64,000 nt of DNA from Candidatus Peregrinibacteria bacterium CG_4_9_14_0_2_um_filter_53_11 (GTDB lineage: Bacteria; Patescibacteriota; Gracilibacteria; UBA1369; UM-FILTER-53-11), in NCBI GenBank assembly GCA_002788775.1, contig PFRX01000006.1, positions 5,033 through 69,032 on the forward strand, in the 5' to 3' direction. Below, piece by piece: positions 1-8,920 of the stretch (position 1 is its first letter; the number at the start of each line of letters is the position of its first letter). The notes beneath the pieces were generated by a model. The model searched no databases. It saw nothing but the letters and a program-made list of their open reading frames with translations, and had not been told where the DNA came from. The position numbers and the translations under genes are program-made.

Positions 1-152
1 TCTGGCTATTTTTTTTAGGCCGATTGGCTGTTCGGGAGACCGTACTCATATGGGTAACCGCCGCCCCGTGTGTGGGCTGCTACGGTTTACAGGATGACGT
101 TTTTGATGTATAATTATATGAGACAAAAATCTAAATAAACTACTATCAAATA

Positions 153-2732
153 ATGAAATCTGGCGTTTGGAAAACCATCTCCAAGCATAATCCGCTCCCT
201 CTGCTGAGCCGGATCTTCAATATTGCCCCCTCGCAGTGGCCCCGTGTGACCGAGTGTTGGTTTATCACGCTCTTTTTTAAGATGGGTGGAGCTATCGGGC
301 TTACGATCATTACCTCCGCCTTTATTGGGCGTTTTGGTATCGTTTATCTGCCGGTCTTACTGATTGTCAGTGCCTTACTCATCATCTTGAGTACCTTCTT
401 CTTTGAGCATCTTATCATGAAGGTTAAGCGGGAGGTTTTGATGATCTCGATGCTCTTTGTCGCCTCTCTGAGCCTTTTCGCCGCCTCATTTTTTTATGAA
501 AGTTCCCCGATCGCCTTCTTTACTTTTTTGATCATCGCCGAGTCGTTCTTTTTGGCTCAGTTTAATATCTTTATTCCGATACTTGTCGGAGACCGTTTTA
601 CTCCACTGGAAAGTCAGAACACCTTTCCGCTGGTGGAGTCGGGTGAGACGATTGGCGGTATCATTGGCGGAACCCTCGTCGGTCTTTTCGCCACCCGCTT
701 CCCCATCCAGTGGTTTATTTACATCTGGATTGGGGCGCTTATCTGTGGCATGGGTGTTTTTATCATCACCAGTTTTGCGCGGACGAGTCTTCCCTCCCTC
801 CCTATCCGAGCGAATAATATCTCACTCAAACCTGAGCGTCATGAGATGCGTAAGGTCTTTGAGGGGGTGAGGAACATGCCTTTTTTCAAGGGCCTCGTTG
901 TTGCCGTCTTCATGCAGTGGATCTTCATGAACGTTCTGGACTTTCAGTTTACCAAGTCAGTTGAGCAGTCTATCACTAATACGCCCGAAGCAACGATCGT
1001 CTATGAGCATGAGGAGTCAGCTCAGGGAGCCTTGCAGGCCTCGGTTCTTTCCGGTGGTGATAACGGTTTGGTTGAGGCGCAGCATGCCGATCCTCGTCGG
1101 ATCGAACGTACGCTGAGTGTCTCTCAAGAAGCCGCTCTTTCCGAAAAGCTGGGTACGCTTCGTAGCGGATTTCATGTGGCTGCCTTGATCGTTCAGGCAC
1201 TTGTTGCAACTCGTCTCATCTCCTTGTTGGGTGTTGTTGGAAGCATGCTGCTTCATCCAATCATCATGTTGATAAGTCTCTTGGGCATGTTCTTCCGCTT
1301 TGGCGTCTTGACCTCCACCCTTACCAGAATGAACTTTGAGGTGACGAATGTCGTCTACAAGAACGCCTATTTCGCCTCGCACTACGCCTTGCCCAAGACC
1401 ATACGTGACCAAGCTGCCGAGTTTCTTGAGGGGGTTGTGCGGCCACTGGGGACGATCTTGGCCATGGGCTTTATCATTGCTTTGCAGATGATCTTTTCCG
1501 GATCGGCTCTGAGTATGTGGATTCACGCTTTTATGTTTGTCGTTATGTTCGGGATCCTGTTTTCGACGATACGCCTCCAGAATAAGTACACTGATATCTC
1601 GAAGGATCAGCTCTTTTCCGATGAGCTCCCCTACCCCGAGAAGCTTAATGCGATAGAGATCCTCGCGCAGCGTGGGCACAGAGATGCTCCTCAGATTCTG
1701 GCCCAAAAGTTGGCTGCCTGTTCCAATGACGAGGAGTCAGTGCCGGTGAGGATAAAACTTCTTTCGGCTCTTGGTGAGTTTGCCGATTATCGTACACTCC
1801 CCGATATTCTTGATGCGCTTAATGATCCGGACTCAGATGTGCGCCTTGAGGCGGCTCATGCTTTGCTTAACTTTAAACAGATCGGTGAGCAGTTTTACTC
1901 CCAGTCTTTTTCTCGCTTCAGAATGGTTGAGGCCTTGAAGGAGACGTTTAAAACCGAAACCTCTTCTTCAGTTAGAAGCGCAATTATCCGCGTCTTCTCA
2001 ATTTTGCGTCAGGCTGAGATAGTCCCCTTCCTTTTGGATCAACTCAAGGCCGAGTCTCACACTACTCGAGCGGACTGTATCTATACCCTTGGCCTCTTCA
2101 AGGATCCCAACACCGCCTACTACATCCTTCCGACACTTGAGGACGAGCACCCTACGGTTCATGCAAACGCCATTATAGCTCTCTGGCAGTTCCCCAAGTA
2201 TCGGACGATGGTTTTGGATAAGCTCGATGAGATGTTGGCGCACAAAGATGTGGCCGTCCTAAAGGCTGCAATCTTCGCGCTTGGTGAGATTGCGGTTGTG
2301 AAGGATGAGAAGCTCTATGAGCTTCTGCACTGTGGGGCCGAGGATGTTGAGCTTGAGGCGGCTTTTGCACTTTCTAAGTGTGGCGATGCAAGCGGCTTCA
2401 TGAAGCTCGTTGATCACTATAGTGCCAGCGCCGCAGAGGAGTTTGAGGTGTTGCGTCGTTTTGTGCATCGTCTCTCACCCGATCCCCGCGAGATGGCCCA
2501 GCGTGTACTCGTTCACCTAATTTCGCAGGAACTTAACGCTCTTATCCATCTGAAAAATATTACCTCAATCGAGCAGATTGATGTTAAGACCCTTGAAAAA
2601 CTTCGTAGGCTCTATAAGTTGATAGGGCAGCACGAAGAGCTTTATGAACTTGAAAACGTCCTTCGCGAGCGGACGACAGCCGCCGGCGACGAGCTGACTC
2701 TGACAACTGCGCTCATCCTTCCTACTTCCTAA
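153..2732 (+). CDS. Polytopic membrane transporter-like domain (MFS / TLC ATP:ADP-antiporter-like) fused to a C-terminal HEAT-repeat domain
   Basis: 859-aa ORF. The first ~500 aa are a series of hydrophobic helices. The C-terminal ~350 aa carry tandem HEAT/PBS-lyase-type repeats (RIKLLSALGEFADYRTLPDILDALNDPDSDVRLEAAHALLNF; HANAIIALWQF; VAVLKAAIFALGEI; ELEAAFALSKCGD). The family of the membrane part is recalled by architecture, not searched. Confidence 0.6.
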   Translation: MKSGVWKTISKHNPLPLLSRIFNIAPSQWPRVTECWFITLFFKMGGAIGLTIITSAFIGRFGIVYLPVLLIVSALLIILSTFFFEHLIMKVKREVLMISMLFVASLSLFAASFFYESSPIAFFTFLIIAESFFLAQFNIFIPILVGDRFTPLESQNTFPLVESGETIGGIIGGTLVGLFATRFPIQWFIYIWIGALICGMGVFIITSFARTSLPSLPIRANNISLKPERHEMRKVFEGVRNMPFFKGLVVAVFMQWIFMNVLDFQFTKSVEQSITNTPEATIVYEHEESAQGALQASVLSGGDNGLVEAQHADPRRIERTLSVSQEAALSEKLGTLRSGFHVAALIVQALVATRLISLLGVVGSMLLHPIIMLISLLGMFFRFGVLTSTLTRMNFEVTNVVYKNAYFASHYALPKTIRDQAAEFLEGVVRPLGTILAMGFIIALQMIFSGSALSMWIHAFMFVVMFGILFSTIRLQNKYTDISKDQLFSDELPYPEKLNAIEILAQRGHRDAPQILAQKLAACSNDEESVPVRIKLLSALGEFADYRTLPDILDALNDPDSDVRLEAAHALLNFKQIGEQFYSQSFSRFRMVEALKETFKTETSSSVRSAIIRVFSILRQAEIVPFLLDQLKAESHTTRADCIYTLGLFKDPNTAYYILPTLEDEHPTVHANAIIALWQFPKYRTMVLDKLDEMLAHKDVAVLKAAIFALGEIAVVKDEKLYELLHCGAEDVELEAAFALSKCGDASGFMKLVDHYSASAAEEFEVLRRFVHRLSPDPREMAQRVLVHLISQELNALIHLKNITSIEQIDVKTLEKLRRLYKLIGQHEELYELENVLRERTTAAGDELTLTTALILPTS

Positions 2733-2744
2733 CCTCTCATCTTC

Positions 2745-3104
2745 ATGGCACTTCTACAGCTCACAACAGAGATCGATCCTCAGGATTCTCGTTACGCAAT
2801 CATCGTCTTTAACGGGGAGCTCGATAGCTCTCGTCTCCATGATGCGGAAAAGGCCCTCAGCTCATTCATCGAGACTTTTAAGGGAAGTCACCTGATCTTC
2901 GACTGGCATGAGCTCGCTTATATTAACAGCGACTCGATCGGCATGGTTATGGTCACTCATACGCGACTCACAAAGCGTGGAATCCATCTGATGGTTATTG
3001 GCGCTCGGCCGAATATCGAAGATATCTCCGAGGCGATCGGTCTCACTAAAATTATTCCATTTTTTGCCGATAAGGCGGCCGCTCTCGACTCGATGACGGC
3101 TTAA
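2745..3104 (+). CDS. STAS-domain anti-sigma-factor antagonist (SpoIIAA/RsbV-like)
   Basis: 119 aa, starting 13 nt after the upstream stop. STAS pattern with a retained phospho-serine context (YINSDSIGMVMV) and a C-terminal GLTKIIPFFADKAAAL. Confidence 0.8.
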   Translation: MALLQLTTEIDPQDSRYAIIVFNGELDSSRLHDAEKALSSFIETFKGSHLIFDWHELAYINSDSIGMVMVTHTRLTKRGIHLMVIGARPNIEDISEAIGLTKIIPFFADKAAALDSMTA

Positions 3105-3114
3105 ATCCAAACAC

Positions 3115-4194
3115 ATGTTCCGAAAAAGTATTATATCAAAACTCTTCTTTTACCTCGTGCTCAGTGCACTCCTTGCGGGGCTCGTCTTTTTTGGCGCCGA
3201 GAGAGTCGGCTACTCCTACCCATGGCTTGCTTATGCCCTACTGGGGAGTTACGGGCTTGTGACCTTCTTGATCATAGTCTTCCTGGTCCACCGGCCTCTT
3301 TCAAAAGTTTTCCGGGAGATGAAGGCACTGCTTACGGGGCGTCCCTACAAGCGTATCTTTACAACACGCATCGACGAGATCGGAGTTTTGGCTCACTTTT
3401 TCAATGATGTGACCCAGACGATGGAGCGCCTGAGCACTCAGATGCGCGATGGTAAGCGCATGTCCGAGGAGCTTTCAATCGGCAGTGATATTCAGCGCAA
3501 TATTCTTCCGAAGGCGATGCCGCAGATTCCTGGCCTCTCAATCTATGGAAAGACCCGTCCCGCCTCGGAGGTTGGCGGTGACAGTTTTGATATTATCAGT
3601 GCTGCAAAAAATAACACGCTTATTTATATCGGTGATGTTACGGGACATGGAGTTCCCGCCGGACTTATCATGGTCATGGTCAACATGCTGATTCGCACTC
3701 TCAGCGAGATCTATGCGAGCGGCTATGACATCTTGGTTAATACCAACCGTCTGCTGAAGCAGCGTATCGAACAGCGCCGTTTTATGACGAGTGTTCTTCT
3801 GCGTTGGCAGCAGACCGATCAGAAGATGTTCTTTACCGGTTGTGGTCATGAGCACATCTTGATCTTCCGCCACGGGCAGAGTGTGGCCGAGGTTAAGCAG
3901 ACAGGTGGAATCGCCCTTGGTATGGTTCCCGATATCAGCAAGATCATTCATGAAGAAGAGATTCTTTTTGAATCGGGAGATACGATAATCCTCTACTCCG
4001 ATGGTATTGTAGAGGCCAAAAATATGCAGGGAGAGATGTATGGTCTCGATAGGCTTAATGCCGTTGTATCTCAGCATGCCGGGGCCTCTCAGCCTGAGGA
4101 GCTCTTTACGCTAATATCTCAAGATTTTGCCGTATTTGTTGGGGAGCAGATCCAGAACGACGATATAACCTTGATCGTGATTAGGCGTGTCTAG
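3115..4194 (+). CDS. Membrane-anchored HAMP + PP2C (SpoIIE/RsbU-type) serine phosphatase
   Basis: 359 aa. Two N-terminal TM helices with almost no external loop, then a HAMP-like linker (RIDEIGVLAHFFNDVTQTMERL). PP2C/SpoIIE motifs follow: EVGGDSFDII, IGDVTGHGVPAGLIMVMV, YSDGIVEA, NDDITLIVIRR. Confidence 0.85.
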   Translation: MFRKSIISKLFFYLVLSALLAGLVFFGAERVGYSYPWLAYALLGSYGLVTFLIIVFLVHRPLSKVFREMKALLTGRPYKRIFTTRIDEIGVLAHFFNDVTQTMERLSTQMRDGKRMSEELSIGSDIQRNILPKAMPQIPGLSIYGKTRPASEVGGDSFDIISAAKNNTLIYIGDVTGHGVPAGLIMVMVNMLIRTLSEIYASGYDILVNTNRLLKQRIEQRRFMTSVLLRWQQTDQKMFFTGCGHEHILIFRHGQSVAEVKQTGGIALGMVPDISKIIHEEEILFESGDTIILYSDGIVEAKNMQGEMYGLDRLNAVVSQHAGASQPEELFTLISQDFAVFVGEQIQNDDITLIVIRRV

Positions 4195-4211
4195 TGTATA
4201 ATTTATGTATC

Positions 4212-4733
4212 ATGAGTACAGATGCGCGAGAAAAGTTGGGAAACGAGCCCTCATCGTCCACTCGAGAAGCACAGAAGTCGCCCGAGCAGAAGCTCAAGGG
4301 CGATGCGGAAGTGAGTCGTGGGGCGAAAGAGGTTATTGCGAGTTCCGAGTCAGCTGAAAGTTCCGAGGGTGCGGAGTTTGTTGATGGAAACATCTCAGAG
4401 GACGCCTCTGAGGATAAAAGTAAGGCCTCGCAGACAGCAGCTGGAGGCGGGAAGTCTGATGATGAGGAAAAGGAAGAGCGTCGTGCCAAACTCAAGGCGT
4501 CGGCTCCTTCAAAGGCGGCTATGATTCGGGAGCTGAAGGGCACGCTGAGACGAGAAGAGAATAAGCTCTCCTCTGATTTTGATACCTATGTTGGGCGCGC
4601 CCATAAGGATGCGCATCAGCTTACCGAGGTGGTTCGTCGTATGCGTGAAGTTCAGGCCTACTTCTCTACTATGGCTCACGCCAGTTACGAAGTTGTTATG
4701 AAGCTCTGGCTCAAAATTGTCCACGGTCTATAG
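4212..4733 (+). CDS. Hypothetical protein (Ser/Glu/Lys-rich disordered N-half, helical C-half)
   Basis: The track ORF starts at GTG 4194, overlapping the upstream stop. An in-frame ATG at 4212 lies 9 nt after a TATAAT box (4197-4202). No recognisable domain. Confidence 0.5.
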   Translation: MSTDAREKLGNEPSSSTREAQKSPEQKLKGDAEVSRGAKEVIASSESAESSEGAEFVDGNISEDASEDKSKASQTAAGGGKSDDEEKEERRAKLKASAPSKAAMIRELKGTLRREENKLSSDFDTYVGRAHKDAHQLTEVVRRMREVQAYFSTMAHASYEVVMKLWLKIVHGL

Positions 4734-4772
4734 GGTTATCTCTCTTTCAACGCGGCTAGTAAAAAATAGGAA

Positions 4773-5780
4773 GTGTGGTACCATTTATATGACGTGGCTT
4801 TTACCCCAACCGAGCACCAGCAGGAGCTTATAAATCGCATTAATGCTCTTAAGAAAGAGAAGGATGCGATTGTTTTGTGCCACAACTATCAGCGCCCCGA
4901 AGTCTATGAGGTGGCGGATTATATAGGCGACTCACTGGCGCTCTGCCAAGAGGCCGCAGGTATTAATGCTCGGCTGATCGTCTTTTCCGGAGTCTATTTT
5001 ATGGCTGAGAGTGCGGCGTTGCTTAATCCTCATTCGACGGTTCTCGTCCCCGATCGTCAGGCAGGCTGTGCCCTTTCGGATATGATTACGGCGAAGGCTC
5101 TGCATGAGTGGAAAAAAGACTATCCGGATGCGGCGGTCGTCTGTTATGTAAACTCAACGGCTGCCGTGAAGGCGGAGTCGGATATCTGCTGTACCTCGCG
5201 TAATGCCGTGGATATTGCCCGCGCACTTCCTCACAAGCAGCTGCTCTTTGTTCCCGATAAAAATCTGGCGGCTTTTGTTGCCAAACAGCTTCCCGAGAAA
5301 GAGATCATTCCTTGGCAGGGATACTGTCCCATTCACGAGCGTCTCTCGCCGGAGTATCTTCTCAAGGCTAAGGAGATGCATCCCAATGCTGAAATTATCG
5401 CGCATCCCGAATGTACTCCCGAGGTTCAGGCGGTTGCCGATCACGTCGTCTCGACGAGTGGCATGATGAAGGTGGCTCGTGAGAGCAGTGCGACCGAGTT
5501 TATCTGTACCACCGAGTGTGGCATGATTCAGCGCCTTAAAAAGGAGCTGCCCCACAAGTCATTCTTCACAGTATGTAGCGTCTGCTTTGACATGAAGAAG
5601 AATACGCTCGAGAAGATACTGTCTTCACTAGAGAATGAGGAGTTTGTGGTGGAGGTCCCCGAGGAGGTTAGGCCGGGAGCTCAGCTCGCCTTTGATCGGA
5701 TGTTTGATCTGATGGCGGCGACTGACGATGAGGATCGAGCTCGGCGCGCCCGCAAGAGTTTTGGTGTATCATCTGAATAA
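4773..5780 (+). CDS. nadA: Quinolinate synthase
   Basis: 335 aa with IVLCHNYQRPEV, ADYIGDSL, VCYVNSTAAVKAESDICCTS, IAHPECTPEV and TTECGM. The GTG start is uncertain. Confidence 0.9.
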   Translation: MWYHLYDVAFTPTEHQQELINRINALKKEKDAIVLCHNYQRPEVYEVADYIGDSLALCQEAAGINARLIVFSGVYFMAESAALLNPHSTVLVPDRQAGCALSDMITAKALHEWKKDYPDAAVVCYVNSTAAVKAESDICCTSRNAVDIARALPHKQLLFVPDKNLAAFVAKQLPEKEIIPWQGYCPIHERLSPEYLLKAKEMHPNAEIIAHPECTPEVQAVADHVVSTSGMMKVARESSATEFICTTECGMIQRLKKELPHKSFFTVCSVCFDMKKNTLEKILSSLENEEFVVEVPEEVRPGAQLAFDRMFDLMAATDDEDRARRARKSFGVSSE

Positions 5781-6757
5781 TGAACCGCTCCCTCTCGCTT
5801 GATCATCGCACGAGACTTCAGACTTTGAATAGGACCCATGCGGTGCCCCTGACGGTTTTTTCAACACGTTCACCGCGTTATGCTGCGACATTAAAGGGGA
5901 TCCTGGGCGAGTTTGTCCGTGCCGATGGGGGGCTTTCGGATGTGACGGCCCAGGCTTACTTCTCCCCCCGCGCGCGCGCACGCGCAGGCGTTATTGCCCG
6001 TTCGTCAGGATGTCTCGCGGGTCGTCAAGAAGCAGAGTGGCTCGTCCGTGAATTTTTCCCGTCATTACGTCTCTCATTCAGTCATCGTGATGGAGAGACC
6101 TTTGAGGCTGAAGAGACGCTGTTGACCCTCGAAGGAGCCGCTCATCACCTCTTCGGCTTCGAGCGCATTCTCTTGAACACCCTTGGCACGTTGAGTGGTA
6201 TCGCTTCGCGTGCTCGTGCCCTTCGTCTTGTAGCCGAGTCTGCCTGCCCGACCATCCTTCTGGCGGCAACCAGAAAGACACGCTGGGGGCTTCTGGATAA
6301 GCGGGCATGTACACTGGCGGGCGTTCTCTCTCATCGTCTTTCTCTGGATGATGCCGTTATGATAAAAGACTCCCACTGTGATGCTGCGGGCCTCTCACCT
6401 GCCGAGTATCTACAGGCTCTCCTTGCCAGCCCCTCACTCTTTACGAGCCGTTTTATCGAGATCGAGGTACAGTCTGCCGAGGAGGCGCGGCGCGTTGTGG
6501 AGGTTTGTGCTTCAACTCCGCGACTACGTGGCCGTGCGGTTTTAATGCTCGATAACTTTACCCCGCGCCGCGCCGCGGTTCTTATTGAGGAGCTCAGGTC
6601 ACATGGGGCTGCATCTCTTCCCATCGAGCTCTCGGGCGGGATCAGTGAAAAAAACATACGGGCCTTCGCTCAGACCGGCGCCGACGTCCTCTCCCTTGGG
6701 ACCCTGACTACGAACTCCCCCTTTATTGACCTCTCGCTCAAGGCTCGGCCCCTCTAA
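5780..6757 (+). CDS. nadC: Nicotinate-nucleotide pyrophosphorylase (quinolinate phosphoribosyltransferase)
   Basis: 325 aa. The ATG overlaps the nadA stop (TAATG). Motifs: FERILLNTLGTLSGIAS, ATRKTRWGLLDKRA, HRLSLDDAVMIKDSH, IEIEVQS, MLDNFTP, ELSGGIS. Confidence 0.85.
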   Translation: MNRSLSLDHRTRLQTLNRTHAVPLTVFSTRSPRYAATLKGILGEFVRADGGLSDVTAQAYFSPRARARAGVIARSSGCLAGRQEAEWLVREFFPSLRLSFSHRDGETFEAEETLLTLEGAAHHLFGFERILLNTLGTLSGIASRARALRLVAESACPTILLAATRKTRWGLLDKRACTLAGVLSHRLSLDDAVMIKDSHCDAAGLSPAEYLQALLASPSLFTSRFIEIEVQSAEEARRVVEVCASTPRLRGRAVLMLDNFTPRRAAVLIEELRSHGAASLPIELSGGISEKNIRAFAQTGADVLSLGTLTTNSPFIDLSLKARPL

Positions 6758-6836
6758 GGTAAGGATGAGCTCAGGTGTCGGGTCCGCTCGAGGGCTGCTG
6801 AAGCGCTCGTCAGGTGCAGGTCTGGTTCGTCTCCGC

Positions 6837-7151
6837 CTAGTTTGCCATCAGATGGAGGTGGATGTGGAAGATGACCTGGCCTCCCTCCTTCCCCACATTG
6901 AAAAGCAGCTGGTAGCCGACACAGTTATTTTTCTCGGCGAGCTGTTTTGCGATCTTCACCATATGGCCTACGATCTTCTCGTCCCCCTCGCTCATCTCGG
7001 CAATTGTCGCGATGTGTTTTTTGGGAACGATCAGCATGTGAAGCCGCTTTTTGGGATAGAGATCGTCAAAGGCCATGCAGATATCATCTTCGTACTGTAT
7101 CCCCGCGGGGGCCTTCCTTTCGATGATGTCGCAAAAAATACACTCTTCCAT
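6837..7151 (-). CDS. HIT-family (histidine triad) nucleotide hydrolase
   Basis: 104 aa with N-terminal CIFCDII and the histidine triad HIHLHLM. Confidence 0.9.
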   Translation of the reverse strand: MEECIFCDIIERKAPAGIQYEDDICMAFDDLYPKKRLHMLIVPKKHIATIAEMSEGDEKIVGHMVKIAKQLAEKNNCVGYQLLFNVGKEGGQVIFHIHLHLMAN

Positions 7152-7161
7152 ACCGGTAAGT

Positions 7162-8775
7162 TTACTGAGTCATCTCATCGAGAGCAAGGGCGATGTTCCG
7201 GCACTTTTTCGCAATCTCTTCAAGCGCATTCACGAAATCGTAGTAGTCGTTAGCAAGCCCGATGCCTGTTCTGTGCTGAAGGTATCGTGTCCTACTCAGC
7301 TGTCTGAGCCTTTCTTTTTGCGCGCTGAGTGAGTCGTACTCTTCGATGATATCCAGAGTGCGGATGCCCTTTTTTTCACCTCTAAGCATGGAGCTGGTAC
7401 GCTCGAGCAGCTCCTCTGTTCGTTTGAAAAAATGGCTGAGCTCCCTCTTCTGAACCGGTCTGAAGGCCTTCTCGTCCCGTCTGAGCTCGCTCAGTACACT
7501 CAGCATCTTCTCCTCGTAGTCGCGAATGCGTTCTATCTCGTGTATCACACGAACATAACCTGCCACCGCGCGGGCCTGCTTCTCATCAACACTCAGCTGC
7601 ACGATCTCCTCCAGGAAGTGAGTGGTCGTGCTTATCGACTGGACAATCCTATTACTATGCTCAGCCGATGGAAGGTCGGCTTTTTCATCTTTTAGCGTTG
7701 AGTGGATCTCCTCCAGATACTCGTGAGTCATCCCGTGCGTCTCACTTAGAGCCCGTCGAACTTGGTCGAGTGCGGTATTAGGCTCTTGAAGGGCGGTCTC
7801 CTCAAGGTAAGCCAGTTCTTTGACACCATTCTGCTGATTCGAGGTGAGGTAGTGAGTGAGTCTTGCGATGCCCGGAACAAACGGGAGGAGAATGAGTGCG
7901 TTAAGGACATTGAATAGTGTGTGGGCGTTGGCGATTCTGCGGGCGGTGTCCGCCTCACCCGAGACGAAGTGGACGAGTTCCGTAAATGGTTGGATCAAGA
8001 TGAGTGCGGTGAGGCTGCCCAGTACGTTGATAATAAAGTGTGCTCGCGCCGCCTGCTTTGCCGCTCGGCTTCCTCCGATTGCTGCAAGATTAGCGGTAAG
8101 TGTTGTTCCTATATTTTGTCCTAAAATTAGAGGGAGTGCCTGCTCAAACGTTATAACCTGTGAGATTGCCAGTGCGATGGTTATTCCTGTTGTTACCGAG
8201 CTCGACTGAACTATCACCGTCACAACCATGCCGACTAGGAGACCCAAGAGAGGTTGTGCCGAGAAGCGACTGAATGCGGCTTCAAAAAATCCATTGGACT
8301 GAAGCGGTTCCAGTGAGATCTGCATAAACTCAAGTCCGAAGAAGACCAAGCCGAAACCGAAGATCGTCTTACCCCACTCCCGCATCTTCTCTGAACGCCC
8401 AAAGAGAGCCATGCCCGATCCTAACGCAATGAACGGCAGGATGATCTCATTCAACTGAAAGGCGATGAGCTGGGCCGTTATCGTCGTACCGATGTTCGCA
8501 CCCAAGACTACCGAGATGGCCTGTGCCACACTCATTACTCCCGCATTGACGAAGCCGACGGTCATAACCGTTATGACCGTGCTCGACTGTACTATTGAGG
8601 TGGCGATCGTTCCCGATATGAGGCCGGTAACTCTGTTGCCGGTAAAGAGGTGGAGGAGGTACTTTAGGCGGCTACCTGCTATTTTTTGCACGCCTTTGCT
8701 CATTGCATCAACTCCATAGAGAAAGAAGCCGATGCCGGCGAGGAACGATACTAAGATAGAGAGAGAGGTGGGCAT
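7162..8775 (-). CDS. Na+/phosphate cotransporter family protein with C-terminal PhoU-like domain
   Basis: 537 aa. Duplicated transporter cores carry VQSSTVITVM and VQSSSVTTGI. A long helical C-terminal region resembles PhoU. Confidence 0.85.
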   Translation of the reverse strand: MPTSLSILVSFLAGIGFFLYGVDAMSKGVQKIAGSRLKYLLHLFTGNRVTGLISGTIATSIVQSSTVITVMTVGFVNAGVMSVAQAISVVLGANIGTTITAQLIAFQLNEIILPFIALGSGMALFGRSEKMREWGKTIFGFGLVFFGLEFMQISLEPLQSNGFFEAAFSRFSAQPLLGLLVGMVVTVIVQSSSVTTGITIALAISQVITFEQALPLILGQNIGTTLTANLAAIGGSRAAKQAARAHFIINVLGSLTALILIQPFTELVHFVSGEADTARRIANAHTLFNVLNALILLPFVPGIARLTHYLTSNQQNGVKELAYLEETALQEPNTALDQVRRALSETHGMTHEYLEEIHSTLKDEKADLPSAEHSNRIVQSISTTTHFLEEIVQLSVDEKQARAVAGYVRVIHEIERIRDYEEKMLSVLSELRRDEKAFRPVQKRELSHFFKRTEELLERTSSMLRGEKKGIRTLDIIEEYDSLSAQKERLRQLSRTRYLQHRTGIGLANDYYDFVNALEEIAKKCRNIALALDEMTQ

Positions 8776-8788
8776 ACTTACTCAGCTC

Positions 8789-8797
8789 ACTATACCA
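8789..8797 (-). promoter_or_regulatory. Extended -10 promoter element TGGTATAGT for the Na/Pi transporter-HIT operon
   Basis: The reverse complement reads GTGGTATAGTGAGCTGAGTAAGT-ATG. Confidence 0.45.
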
Positions 8798-8828
8798 CGC
8801 TCGATGCTTCACCATCGAGGGGTCCGTC

Positions 8829-8861
8829 GAAAAAAGAGCCACCATCCTGCGATGGGGCTCT
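8829..8861 (-). terminator. Rho-independent terminator after the sigma4/HARE-HTH gene
   Basis: The minus strand reads AGAGCCCCATCgcagGATGGtGGCTCT followed by TTTTTT. Confidence 0.6.
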
Positions 8862-8920
8862 TGAGAGTTCTCTAGTGTGATTGCTCTGCCTTGGCGGTCT
8901 GAGCTTAGGATGGGTGTTCC

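Noticed and set aside
4181-4543. A 120-aa Ser-rich antisense ORF opposite the 4212-4733 gene.
   Set aside because: The + strand ORF is longer, has a promoter box and follows the operon direction. Both are low complexity, so confidence in the + strand gene is itself only moderate.
6726-7253. A 175-aa + strand ORF spanning the HIT gene.
   Set aside because: It is antisense to a clear HIT protein (HIHLHLM) and has no motifs of its own.
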